Source of the DNA: Nitrospirota bacterium
Lineage (GTDB): Bacteria; Nitrospirota; UBA9217
DNA: 64,000 nt
Assembly: GCA_963818475.1 (NCBI GenBank)
Contig: CAWFSF010000001.1
Span: 32,001-96,000 of the forward strand
Reading direction: 5' to 3'
Positions within the stretch are counted from its first letter, which is position 1. Every line of letters starts with the position of its first letter. Positions 12,240-26,936 of this stretch are shown one piece after another. The translations under genes and the position numbers were made by a program. The notes beneath the pieces are model-generated. The model was not told the DNA's origin and made no database searches. It saw only the letters and a list, made by a program, of their open reading frames with translations.

Positions 12240-13040
12240 CTATTCAAAAATCTTGTGCAGAAATTTCTGCATTTCTGCCCACGATTCCTTGTCGGCTTTT
12301 TCATTGTACGCCAGCGGCAAATTGAATTTCTTTCCCAGCTCGGTTGCATCGGGATTCGTAAAGCTGTGCATAGCGTCAGGGTAAACGATGAATCGGTAGT
12401 CCGCGCCGGCCCTCTTTAATTGGTTTTTAAATTTTTCGATCTGGTCCGGAGTGGCAAACTTGTCGCTCCCTCCGTGAAGCACAAGTATCTTCGCCTTGAC
12501 GTCGCCAGGACGGGGTGGTTGCGCCAGCGAGAGGCTGCCGTGGAAGCTGACTACGCCCCTCAAGTCCGCTCCCTGCGCAGCCATGTTCAGTACGATGCCT
12601 CCGCCGAAGCAGTAACCGACGGCAGCAATGCGCCGCGGATCGACGTTCGGCTGTTTTTTCAGATACTGTTCTGCTGCTTGGAAGCGTGCCTTTGCCGCAG
12701 GGAAATTTTCCATCAGGTCCGATGAGAATTTGCCGGCCTCATCCGGATGTGCCGCCGTTTTACCATCTCCGTACATGTCCAGCGCTAACGCAATGTACCC
12801 GAGGTCGGCCAGCATATCTGCACGTTTTCTGGCGTAGTCGTTCAAGCCCCACCACTCGTGCACGACCAGAACTCCCGGTTGCTTGTTTTTCACCGCATCG
12901 TCATAGGCAAGGTACCCTTTCATGACCGTTCCCTGGACCGAATATTCAACCGCCTTCCCGACAACTTTTGCGTCGACCGTAGCAATTGCCGACCAGAGCA
13001 GTGCCATTGCGAATACGGCTGCAAAAGCAATTTTTTTCAT
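12240..13040 (-). CDS. Dienelactone hydrolase family protein, signal peptide
   Basis: PGVLVVHEWWGLN, GYCFGG nucleophile motif, HSFTNP. Confidence 0.92.
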   Translation of the reverse strand: MKKIAFAAVFAMALLWSAIATVDAKVVGKAVEYSVQGTVMKGYLAYDDAVKNKQPGVLVVHEWWGLNDYARKRADMLADLGYIALALDMYGDGKTAAHPDEAGKFSSDLMENFPAAKARFQAAEQYLKKQPNVDPRRIAAVGYCFGGGIVLNMAAQGADLRGVVSFHGSLSLAQPPRPGDVKAKILVLHGGSDKFATPDQIEKFKNQLKRAGADYRFIVYPDAMHSFTNPDATELGKKFNLPLAYNEKADKESWAEMQKFLHKIFE

Positions 13041-13613
13041 GGTAACCCCCTTGGTATTAAAAATGATAGCTACACCCGTTGACTTTGTTCAAGTTTAGCA
13101 AAAGGCGACGAGGGAATAGCAAGAGGAATGAAAATTACGGTGATCTGGGGAGGTCGCGAATTGCGGTTACAGGTTGATGAATGCTAAAGATTGAAGAGCC
13201 CTGGCCTTACCAGGTGAGAGCAGGACGTCCAATGAACTGAAACTCTAAGGAGTTATGGTTGGTGCCGGTAGGATCAGGAGCATCCGGCTCCTGCACCATC
13301 TCCAGATAAAAAGTCTTCGGCTGAAGCGGTTGGAGGCTTGGGCAACTGGAAGCACAAACAGTCTTACCGAGTCACCAGTCGAGGATCCTGGAACAACCAA
13401 AGAAGTGACCGCAGACCAATAGAGCACTCTTGTACGGCAACCAGCCGACCAATCAGGGCCGTAACTGCCAAGGCCGGGAAGCCAATGAAAACATTCAATG
13501 ATGGCCGAGGACTTTATCAGAAGTGTGTCCACGACGAAGCAGCGGTAGCTGTGTAGAATAGGGACCTCACCGGAAGGCAAACTGTCAATGGGGATAGTGA
13601 CTATCGCAGTTTA

Positions 13614-14081
13614 TCAACGGTTGCGTTCCTTTACTGCACGCTCCACTTCCCGCTTCGATTCTTTTTCCTTAATGGTGTCCCGCTTATCGTAGGCTTTTTT
13701 GCCCTTGGCAAGACCGATCAGCACTTTAGCCTTGCCACGAACAAAGTAGATCTTAAGCGGAATGAGCGTAAATCCTTTTTGCGTTATCTTCCCGATCAGC
13801 CTGCGTATCTCTTCCTTGTGCAAAAGCAGTTTGCGGGTGCGAAGCGGGTCATGGTTCATTATGTTGCCGTAGGGATAAGGACTTATGGTGGCATTGAACA
13901 GGAAGACTTCGTTGTTCTTTACAATGGCGTAGCTGTCGGTAAGATTGGCGAGACCGTGGCGAAGAGATTTAACCTCGGTTCCCTGAAGCGCAATGCCCGC
14001 TTCGAAGGTCTCTTCGACAAAATAATCGTGATAGGCCTTTCTGTTGGTCGTAACTGCGGTCTCGGTCTTGTTTTCCGTCAT
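13614..14081 (-). CDS. smpB: SsrA-binding protein SmpB
   Basis: [45 protein letters not shown]. Confidence 0.97.
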   Translation of the reverse strand: MTENKTETAVTTNRKAYHDYFVEETFEAGIALQGTEVKSLRHGLANLTDSYAIVKNNEVFLFNATISPYPYGNIMNHDPLRTRKLLLHKEEIRRLIGKITQKGFTLIPLKIYFVRGKAKVLIGLAKGKKAYDKRDTIKEKESKREVERAVKERNR

Positions 14082-14207
14082 GAGTTCATCTCGTCCGATC
14101 GCTTTCAATGATACACATACACGACTGAACAGGCAAGCAGTATCACGCTCCAATATTGGCGCATGCCAGACGCTGAGAGCGTAACAGCCAGTATCAATAA
14201 AAATGAT

Positions 14208-14240
14208 AAAAAAAAGCCCATCATCGTATGATGATGGGCT
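14208..14240 (-). terminator. Rho-independent terminator of the rRNA operon
   Basis: 11-bp stem AGCCCATCATC/GATGATGGGCT followed by a T-run on the minus strand. Confidence 0.85.
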
Positions 14241-14251
14241 CGAAAAATATT

Positions 14252-14368
<117 letters not shown>

Positions 14369-14444
14369 AACCTTATAAACAGGTTTGACACTGAATACGC
14401 AAGTATACTAAAAAAGCCGAATTTGTCAGAAGCAGAAAATTTAG

Positions 14445-17446
<3,002 letters not shown>

Positions 17447-17636
17447 CCAAATCTGCTTCTGGCAGATTCGGCGTTTTTCTTGATTGTTCGCCTCAGCTTT
17501 TCTTGTATCTTGCGTATTCAGTTGTCAAAGAACAGTCAGAAACGCATCACTGCGTGTCTGAAACTGGTAATTCAAAATTCAAGATTCAATATTCAAATGT
17601 TGAATGCTGAATTTTAAATTTTGAATTTATTTAAAT

Positions 17637-17712
17637 TGGTGGAGCTGAGCGGGATCGAACCGCTGACCCCCTGCTTGCAAAGCAGGTGCTCTCCCAGCTG
17701 AGCTACAGCCCC
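17637..17712 (-). tRNA. tRNA-Ala(TGC)
   Basis: GGGGCTGTAGCTCAGCTGGGAGAGCACCTGCTTTGCAAGCAGG...CTCCACCA. Confidence 0.97.
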
Positions 17713-17765
17713 TGATTAATTGCAAATCCGAATTTCGAAATTTAGGATTTCGAATTTGTTTTTAC

Positions 17766-17842
<77 letters not shown>

Positions 17843-17995
17843 GTCTTGATGACTTTCATCAGGCTCAGGACTTTTCCCGTGGGTTAAGCTCCGAGCCCAT
17901 GCCTATAGCCCTGAGCAATGCTCATGGTCCTTCAAAACTAAATAGGTGCTTGGCGAACGACCTAGGATGTGAGCCACCGAAGTGACTCCAAATTC

Positions 17996-19565
<1,570 letters not shown>

Positions 19566-19711
19566 AAATCTGATCCTATGCAATGTTACTCAAGGTAACT
19601 TGACTAATTTGTTTCTCAAAACCCGCCACTTCCAAAGGCGTGAGCCCTTAGAAGTTTATGCACCTATTTAGTTTTCAAAGACCATGCTCTGCGTCCGCTC
19701 GCAGAATACCG

Positions 19712-19864
19712 ATATTAACAAACTGCTTTTACTTTGTCAAGAACTTTTTTCTACTGCTTCTCTTTTTCTTGTTGCTCACTTCACTTGAAACCCTTGATCT
19801 TCGCCCGGTCATATTGTTCCTTCAAGCGAGGGCGCAATGTAACACAAGTGATTTTCAGTGTCAA
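19712..19864 (-). promoter_or_regulatory. Two tandem sigma70 rrn promoters
   Basis: TTGACA-17-TACATT (19864-19836) with GC-rich discriminator; TTGACA-17-TAATAT (19740-19712). Confidence 0.85.
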
Positions 19865-19938
19865 GATCTTTTTTAACTTTGTTTGCTTTTTTACGGCAAC
19901 TGCGCGGTTGGTTTTTTACAACTTCGAGGTTTTGCCCG

Positions 19939-20196
19939 ATACGTATTGCTACGTACTTCTCGTTCGACTTGCATGTGTTAAGCACGCCGCCAGCGTTCGT
20001 TCTGAGCCAGGATCAAACTCTCCAAAAAAAGCTGATCCTTTTTGCAAAGTTACCCGAAGGTAACTGAACTAATTTGTTTCTTTGGTACTCGCCATTCAAG
20101 GTCACTTGCGCGACCCTGAATTCTACACCTATTTAGTTTTCAAAGACCATGTTCTGCCTGTTCTGCAGAATTATAAAACTCTATAAACTTGCCAAG
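19939..20196 (-). pseudogene. Second, diverged rrn leader plus the first ~90 nt of 16S rRNA
   Basis: 19939-20030 nearly identical to 19476-19568; processing-stem/boxA arm 20126-20151 identical to 19661-19686. Confidence 0.85.
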
Positions 20197-20303
20197 AACT
20201 TTATGAGCTTCTTTTGTTATTTAGTTTACATCTTGATGTGCTCATTTGGTAGTTATAGAACTTCGAGGTAGTACCCGAGGTTTTTACCTATGAACGAAGG
20301 CGT

Positions 20304-20441
20304 AATGTATCAGAATGCTTAACACCTGTCAAGACTTTTTCTACTATCAACGTACTATTTCTGCTGCAAAAAAGCTGTTCGAGTAAGCTGCGGTTCCATC
20401 GAACGAGGGCGCAATTTATCAGAAAGCATTACCACTGTCAA
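20304..20441 (-). promoter_or_regulatory. Two further sigma70 rrn-type promoters upstream of the 16S stub
   Basis: TTGACA-17-TAAATT (20441-20413) and TTGACA-17-TACATT (20332-20304). Confidence 0.8.
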
Positions 20442-20469
20442 GATTTAATTTCATACTGTTTCATTATTT

Positions 20470-21684
20470 TCACTTTTGAGCAGCTACCCTTACAAAACGC
20501 TTCTTCCCTACCTTCAGCACATACTCTCCAGCCGGCAGTTCCATGTCGATTTCCCGGACCGGTGATTCGTTCATCTCTACCGCGCCCTGCTGAATGAGCC
20601 TGCGCGCCTCGGAATTACTTTTGGCAACTCCCGCGAGCGCCATGAGCTTTGCGAGCTTCATAGTCGCGCCTTCCCATATGATCTCGACTGAAGGGATCTC
20701 GTCCGGCATCGCGTTCCTGCTGAAAACGCTCTCGAACTCTGCACGGGCCTTCGCTCCCTCACTCATGCCGCAAAACCGGTCTGCCAGTTCCTCGGCAAGC
20801 CGCTTCTTTGCCTCCATCGGATGAAGCACACCGGATTTCACATCCGCCTTGATCTTTTCAAGTTCTCCCAGCGACACGGAGCTCACGAGTTCGTAGAACC
20901 TGAACATAAGATCATCGCTTGCGGACATGACCTTGCCGAAGATTTCTTTCGCCGGCTCGGTAATGCCGATGTAATTGCCGAGACTTTTGCTCATTTTGTT
21001 AACGCCGTCCAAGCCTTCGAGAAGCGGCATCATAACGATTGACTGCGGCGCCTGGCCGTATTCCTTTTGAAGCTCACGGCCCACCAGAAGGTTAAATTTC
21101 TGGTCCGTTCCGCCCAGCTCCACATCGGCCTTGAGCGCTACGGAATCATACCCCTGGATAAGCGGGTAAAGGAACTCATGGATGCTGATCGGCAGCTCCG
21201 ATTGATAGCGCTTTTTGAAGTCTTCACGCTCAAGCATCCTGGCCACGGTATGCTTGGCAGCAAGCTGGATCAGATCGCCGGCGGTCATTTTCGACATCCA
21301 CTCGCTGTTGAAGGCTATCTTTGTTTTTGCCGGATCGAGTATTTTGTATATTTGTGACTGGTAGGTCTTTGCGTTCTCGGCAACTTCCTCTTTCGTGAGG
21401 TGTTTTCTGGTCTCGGACTTGCCGGTCGGATCGCCGATCATGCCCGTGAAATCGCCGATAAGAAAAATGACCTCATGCCCCAGTTCCTGGAACTGACGCA
21501 TTTTATTCAGGAGCACCGTGTGGCCAAGATGAATGTCCGGGGCCGTGGGATCGAATCCCGCCTTCACCCGGAGCGGCTGCCCTTTCACAACAGACTTCTC
21601 AATCCTCTTCAAGAGATCGTCTTCTACGATGATCTCCACTGCTCCGCGCTTTATGATATCAAGTTGTTCTTTGGCTGATAGCAT
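20470..21684 (-). CDS. tyrS: Tyrosine--tRNA ligase
   Basis: [28 protein letters not shown]-terminal S4 domain. Confidence 0.97.
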   Translation of the reverse strand: MLSAKEQLDIIKRGAVEIIVEDDLLKRIEKSVVKGQPLRVKAGFDPTAPDIHLGHTVLLNKMRQFQELGHEVIFLIGDFTGMIGDPTGKSETRKHLTKEEVAENAKTYQSQIYKILDPAKTKIAFNSEWMSKMTAGDLIQLAAKHTVARMLEREDFKKRYQSELPISIHEFLYPLIQGYDSVALKADVELGGTDQKFNLLVGRELQKEYGQAPQSIVMMPLLEGLDGVNKMSKSLGNYIGITEPAKEIFGKVMSASDDLMFRFYELVSSVSLGELEKIKADVKSGVLHPMEAKKRLAEELADRFCGMSEGAKARAEFESVFSRNAMPDEIPSVEIIWEGATMKLAKLMALAGVAKSNSEARRLIQQGAVEMNESPVREIDMELPAGEYVLKVGKKRFVRVAAQK

Positions 21685-21778
21685 GGATCCTTTTTCCTGC
21701 GGCTGAAGACCAGGATAACCATATCCTGCCGTGTTCTGCCGTCATGTGCAAGCGCTTTGTATTGTACGGTGCGGCAGG

Positions 21779-22144
21779 TTATTCCGCTTTTTTGATCAGA
21801 TCGGCAATAATGTCAACCATGAAGGGGTGCCCCCCGACGTAATCGGTTACCACGATCTCAAGATGGGGGTGTTTTTTTTTCACGGTCCTCACCAGTGCAG
21901 GTACATCTGCAGAAACATGCGCCCCGGACTGCATAAAGAACGGGACGATGACCACCTTCTCGACCTGCAGCCTGATACAATTCTCCAACACCTCACGCAA
22001 GCCGGGAGAAGCATGCTGCAGGAAGGCATGCGCGACCACGTCATAGCCGCCGCTATTGCTGATCCTGGCCGCTGCCTGCCGGATGGAGTCATCAGCGCCC
22101 TCGCTTCGGCTTCCATGCCCCAGGATGACGATCGCTGTCTTCAC
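21779..22144 (-). CDS. cbiX: Short CbiX/SirB-type sirohydrochlorin chelatase
   Basis: VILGHGSR, AFLQHASP, VPFFMQSGAHVSADVP. Confidence 0.85.
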   Translation of the reverse strand: MKTAIVILGHGSRSEGADDSIRQAAARISNSGGYDVVAHAFLQHASPGLREVLENCIRLQVEKVVIVPFFMQSGAHVSADVPALVRTVKKKHPHLEIVVTDYVGGHPFMVDIIADLIKKAE

Positions 22145-22370
22145 ATGATCTCCAATTGGTACCGTAAGCTGATTTTTTTATCACAGGCCATGATAAAAGT
22201 CAATGTAATAGTAGGGATGCGCACCATGAGCAGAACCATATAATTTTCATAAAATCAAACAGATGAGGCTCCGGATGACAAGAAGGGTCCTTTCCCAGTG
22301 CGGGAATAGGGTTTTGCAGAAGGATCGAATTCGACACTAGGAACTGCAAATGAACTCAGCATGCGCGACA

Positions 22371-22402
22371 CAAAAAAAATCGGCGGGCTGCTTAGCCCGC
22401 CG
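22371..22402 (-). terminator. Rho-independent terminator after the small basic peptide gene
   Basis: CGGCGGGCT-aagc-AGCCCGCCG then ATTTTTTTT on the minus strand. Confidence 0.8.
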
Positions 22403-22409
22403 GAGAGCA

Positions 22410-22475
22410 CTATTTTTTCTTTGTTGTTTTTTTCTTGGCAGTCGCTTTTGTACCGCACTTTTTCCCACAAGCCAT
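22410..22475 (-). CDS. 21-aa Lys-rich, two-Cys micro-protein MACGKKCGTKATAKKKTTKKK
   Basis: Strong SD GAGGAGGTG before the ATG; terminator directly after TAG. Confidence 0.7.
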   Translation of the reverse strand: MACGKKCGTKATAKKKTTKKK

Positions 22476-22734
22476 CGGTTTCACCTCCTCAAATCAAAAT
22501 AGCCGCTTATGTACGCCGTTCATTCTGGCGGACAGGGCAAAAACCATCGCAACTGAAAACAACACTTTTTTTTGCCATACCAGTTAAGTATTGACTCCGC
22601 CTGCATCTCTATCATATAATATCACTACTAAAAAATAAAGCCTGTAACATTTCCGTTAAGCTGCATGACCATCTTGCGATAGCTGGCAAATCCCGGGCCG
22701 GCCAGCCGCGCCCTGTTCGCGCGAAAGAGTACAG

Positions 22735-25605
22735 ATGACCACATACGAAATCATCGGCTTCTCCCTGCTGTTCATCGGCACGCTGGAACTGTTCCTCGGC
22801 ATTATCCTCCTTCGCAACAATCCCCGTCAAAGCCCGGTCCAAAAGGCCGCTACAGCACTGGCCTTGTTCTCGGCCGCCTTTTCCCTCACCTCGGGATCCA
22901 TGTATCTTCGCGCCACGCTCGGTCTGTCGATCGACCTCGTTGCCCGCTTCAACTGGATCGGCTGGTTCACCGTCCCTGCTGCGCTGCAGGTCCTTTTTTT
23001 CCTAAAGGATGACCGGGGTCGTTTCGGGCGCATCATCGGCATCGTCCTCTATCCCCTCTGGGTGGTCATTCTCGGCCTGTGCCTGTTCACCGACCTGATC
23101 GTGGCCCCCGGCTATTCCGTGATCCCTTTTGTCAACCATTATGGCCCGCTGGAGCATGCCGGAAGATTATTCGGGACCTTGCTGGCCTTCTGGCTTGTAT
23201 ATGAGTGCGTACGCCTGAAAAAAAGCATAGTTGGCATAAGAAGGGCCCAGTTCAATTACTTTTTCTATGGCTTGCTGATCTTCGGCAGCGGAGCGTCGTT
23301 CACCGCCGGATTCCTGCAGCTGTTAGGCGGCATCGCCTTTGAACCGGGCCTTGCGTCTTTTTTCAGTTTGCCCTGGGTCATCCTGACTTTTTACGCCTGC
23401 ATCCGCTACAGCTTATTCGACATCCGTACCATTGTCTCGCGCACACTCACCATCATTTTTCTGTTCATCTTCGTCGCGCTGATACATCTCGGCACCATAG
23501 CACTCCTCAGCCCCTTCCTGGGAAATCTCGCTTCAGACCTCATCTCGCTCTCGCTCATCGGCTTTATTTTTTACGGAACACCTCTCAGAACGACCGTTCA
23601 GAAATGGATCGAGAGCATTGTTCTTAAAGGCAAATATGATTACCAGCAGCTCCTGAAGGAATCGACAAATGCGCTTGTTACGATTCTGGACCTCGATGAT
23701 CTGCTTGCCTATATCATCAGCAGTATCAGCAAGGGATTGAGGACCGAGAAAATCCACTTGTTCCTCAAAGGAATGGATTGCACATACCGCATCCAGCATA
23801 GCCACGGCATGGCGCCGGTTCCTCCGGTCAGCGACGACACCATCCGCTGGTTGGAGCAGACCCGCCAGGTCCTGATCAGACAGGAACTCGAGATGGCAAC
23901 TTTCACCGAGGAATCAGGCCGGCTTTACCGCAGCATTTCCCAGACCGATATTGAACTGATCGTCCCCCTGGTATATAAAGGGCAGATCTGCGGCTTCATG
24001 ACCGTTGGGAAAAAAGGGAGCGGAGAGCCCTATGTCCAGAGCGACATAGACCTCCTCGTGTCCATGGCCAGCCATGCAGCAGTTGCGATCGAGAATGCAC
24101 GGCTCTTCGAAGAAGCACTCCGCATGAACAGGTCCTTCCAGGAAAGCGAGGAAAAATTCCGCACGCTGGCCGATACGGCGGCAGTCGCCATCTTTATCCA
24201 CCAGGGTGGCAACTTTCTCTATACGAACCGCACTGCCGAGCTTGTCGGCGGATATGCGCCTCATGAATATCTGACCATGAATTTTATGAGCCTTGCGCAT
24301 CCCGATTACGTGGACATGATCAAAGCGCGCGCCCGTGAACGTCTGGCCGGCAACGCCGCGCCGCCGCAGTATGAGTTCAAGATCATACGAAAGGATGGCG
24401 AGCACCGGTGGGTGCTCATGACCGCAGGCATCACGACCTACGAAGGGAAGCCGGCGGTCATCGGCACCCTGATCGATATTTCAGCCCGCAAACAGGCGGA
24501 AGAAGAGCGGGAGCGATACTATCAGGAACTTCAGCAGGCACTCCTGTCCCTGAAAGAAAGCGAAGCAAAGTTCCGCACCCTGGCCGAGACAACCGCCGCC
24601 GGGATCGTGATCCATCAGGGCGAACACCTGATCTACGTGAACCCTGCAATTGAAAAAATTTCCGGCCACCCCCGTGAGTTTCTTCTCACGCTCGATTTCT
24701 GGGAGGTCATCCACCCCGACGACCGCGCTCTGATGAAGGAACGTATAGCGGCGCGCCTGCGCGGGGAAATCGTTACTGATGACTATGAATACCGGATCAT
24801 CTCGAATAACGGCGATATGCGCTGGGTGAACATAACAGCAGGCATCATCGAGTATCAGGGAAAACCGGCGACAATCGGGACCATTTTTGACATTACCGAC
24901 CGCAAGGAAGCCGAAGCGTCAACGATCCGGTTCTACGAAGAAAGCGTCAAGCAGTATGAGGACCGGATCGGGGAGGAAAAGCGGCACCTGGCAGAAAAAG
25001 AAAAGCTCCTCAAGGACCTGCATGACGGGATCGGCGGCATTACTACGAACATCAGCATGCTGGCAGAAATGGCAAAGAACTCTGACGCCATGCCTGACAT
25101 CAAAAGAACGCTTTCAACAATATCAGAGCTTTCGCGGGAAGGTTTGTCCGAGATCAGGAACTTTATGAACAGCCTCGATACCCGCGACATGAACTGGCAG
25201 ACTTTGCTGGCCGAGTTCAGGAATCAGGGCAATGCCATGATCGGGCCCCACGGAATGTCGTTTGGCCTGACGTCCTCTATCGAAGATACCGATGACGAGC
25301 CGGGAAGCCTGCTTTGTTTAAACCTCTTCAAGATCTACCGCGAAGCGCTCACGAACATTATCAAGCATTCTCAGGCGACAACGGTAAAAGCAGAGATTTC
25401 CATCAACAGGAGCAGGTTGAGGCTGGCCATCCAGGATGACGGCGTGGGCGTGGGCAACGGCAGGATTGGCGGACGCGGCCTGACCAACATGCAGGCACGG
25501 GCCAGGGACCTCGGCGGGGAGATCACGCTGACCGCGCAGTGCGGGACCTGCGTCACCCTGGAGATTCCCCTGCCCCTGCAGGACCCGTTCAGGAACGCAC
25601 CATGA
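22735..25605 (+). CDS. Multi-TM, GAF, 2xPAS sensor histidine kinase (HisKA_3 type)
   Basis: Hydrophobic N-terminus, AAVAIENARLF, two ESExKFRTLA-PAS repeats, KDLHDGIG H-box, EALTNIIKHS, DDGVG. Confidence 0.92.
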   Translation: MTTYEIIGFSLLFIGTLELFLGIILLRNNPRQSPVQKAATALALFSAAFSLTSGSMYLRATLGLSIDLVARFNWIGWFTVPAALQVLFFLKDDRGRFGRIIGIVLYPLWVVILGLCLFTDLIVAPGYSVIPFVNHYGPLEHAGRLFGTLLAFWLVYECVRLKKSIVGIRRAQFNYFFYGLLIFGSGASFTAGFLQLLGGIAFEPGLASFFSLPWVILTFYACIRYSLFDIRTIVSRTLTIIFLFIFVALIHLGTIALLSPFLGNLASDLISLSLIGFIFYGTPLRTTVQKWIESIVLKGKYDYQQLLKESTNALVTILDLDDLLAYIISSISKGLRTEKIHLFLKGMDCTYRIQHSHGMAPVPPVSDDTIRWLEQTRQVLIRQELEMATFTEESGRLYRSISQTDIELIVPLVYKGQICGFMTVGKKGSGEPYVQSDIDLLVSMASHAAVAIENARLFEEALRMNRSFQESEEKFRTLADTAAVAIFIHQGGNFLYTNRTAELVGGYAPHEYLTMNFMSLAHPDYVDMIKARARERLAGNAAPPQYEFKIIRKDGEHRWVLMTAGITTYEGKPAVIGTLIDISARKQAEEERERYYQELQQALLSLKESEAKFRTLAETTAAGIVIHQGEHLIYVNPAIEKISGHPREFLLTLDFWEVIHPDDRALMKERIAARLRGEIVTDDYEYRIISNNGDMRWVNITAGIIEYQGKPATIGTIFDITDRKEAEASTIRFYEESVKQYEDRIGEEKRHLAEKEKLLKDLHDGIGGITTNISMLAEMAKNSDAMPDIKRTLSTISELSREGLSEIRNFMNSLDTRDMNWQTLLAEFRNQGNAMIGPHGMSFGLTSSIEDTDDEPGSLLCLNLFKIYREALTNIIKHSQATTVKAEISINRSRLRLAIQDDGVGVGNGRIGGRGLTNMQARARDLGGEITLTAQCGTCVTLEIPLPLQDPFRNAP

Positions 25606-25639
25606 ACGGCTATTCCCGACGAACAGAAGGATCCCACCT

Positions 25640-26263
25640 ATGCGACTGGTCATCATCGAAGACGATCCCATGCAGCGCGAAAACCTGAAGCTGCTGCTCG
25701 GTGGGGAACCCGGTATTACCGTTACCGGGGTATATCCATCGGCAGAAGAGGCGCTGCGAGGAATTAAAAAAGCAATACCTGAAGTGATTTTGTGCGATCT
25801 CGGCCTCCCCGGGATGTCGGGGATAGAGCTCATCAAAACGCTCAAGAAAAGCATGCCTGCCATCGAGTTCATGGCACATACGGTTTTCGATGACCGGGAA
25901 AATGTTTTTTCGGCCATCAAAGCAGGCGCCTCCGGCTACCTCTTGAAGGGAAGCAGCCCCCGAGAGATCATTGAGGCGCTCTACGAGCTTTATAAGGGCG
26001 GTTCCCCTATGAGCCCCAAGATCGCTCGGAGGGTCATCCATGAGTTTCAGGATGATAATATCAGTGAACAGTTCATTCTAAGCCAGCGGGAAAAAGCGAT
26101 CATCAAGTGCGTGGAGCACGGCATGACCTATAAGGAGATCGCCGTAGAGCTGTCCATCAGCGCACATACGGTACATTCACATATCAAGAGGATCTATGAG
26201 AAACTCCATGCAAAGGACCGGGGAGAAGCCTTGAATAATGCAAGAAAGACCGGCGTGATCTGA
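25640..26263 (+). CDS. NarL/LuxR family response regulator
   Basis: IIEDD, DLGLPGMSG, AGASGYLLK, TYKEIA...TVHSHIKRIYEKL. Confidence 0.95.
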   Translation: MRLVIIEDDPMQRENLKLLLGGEPGITVTGVYPSAEEALRGIKKAIPEVILCDLGLPGMSGIELIKTLKKSMPAIEFMAHTVFDDRENVFSAIKAGASGYLLKGSSPREIIEALYELYKGGSPMSPKIARRVIHEFQDDNISEQFILSQREKAIIKCVEHGMTYKEIAVELSISAHTVHSHIKRIYEKLHAKDRGEALNNARKTGVI

Positions 26264-26362
26264 CCATCCCTTCTTTCCGTTGCGCCGGACCGCCTCACCC
26301 TGTCCTTTTCCAGCTGTTCCCGTGCTGAAGCGCAAAACCTTCCCTCCCGTTCATTACCCCGA

Positions 26363-26410
26363 AAATCACCCGGCCGGGTGATTTACTTTAGGTGCCTGAG
26401 CCGCTATAGT
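26363..26410 (+). promoter_or_regulatory. 22-bp perfect palindrome overlapping a weak -35 (TTTACT-17-TATAGT)
   Basis: AAATCACCCGGCCGGGTGATTT at 26363-26384; -10 at 26405-26410. Confidence 0.6.
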
Positions 26411-26523
26411 GGAAACATCCTGAGCATCAGGTGAGGTAGGTAATGTTCTGAGCAGGGGATGCTCCGGAAACACCTGCGACCAGACAGCGCAAACATCAGA
26501 CTGAACCGTCGAAGGAAATAACC

Positions 26524-26760
26524 ATGGAAAAAAATCATAACGAAGAGCAGTCAGGCTTGGAACAGCGAAGCAAGATTCCGAGTTTTGACGAATACTTCAG
26601 CATGAATGAACAGGAAAAAGACCGCTCCATCGAACGATCGGTCGCCCGCCTGCAGAACCGCATCCTCCAGATCATGTATCTCGTGGAACAAGAGAGCAAC
26701 TCCTCTGTCAAACCGACCCCTGTAACGCAGCCAAACGATCAAACCCGCGACACAAACTAA
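26524..26760 (+). CDS. Hypothetical protein (78 aa)
   Basis: ORF with AAGGA RBS, coiled-coil-like core. Confidence 0.55.
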   Translation: MEKNHNEEQSGLEQRSKIPSFDEYFSMNEQEKDRSIERSVARLQNRILQIMYLVEQESNSSVKPTPVTQPNDQTRDTN

Positions 26761-26936
26761 CTAAATCCTGGCGCAGTAACCTTCGCTGCCATTCCCGCTG
26801 CCGATCGATCTTTCATTCGAACAACGAACAGAACCTTCCTCCTCTATCCATGGCCATACAAGCAGTTTGCGAAATGATCGTTGATGAAGTACGTCAGAAG
26901 AAAACTCCGGCTGGAAAAATACTTTTCGGGGATTTG

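Noticed and set aside
13140-13612. tmRNA (ssrA) next to smpB
   Set aside because: No GGGG..TTCGA 5' end or GTTCGA.TCCC..CCACCA 3' end on either strand.
22255-22370. Cobalamin riboswitch upstream of cbiX
   Set aside because: Only a CACTGGGAAAGG resemblance on the minus strand; other core elements are missing and it lies upstream of the apparent promoter.
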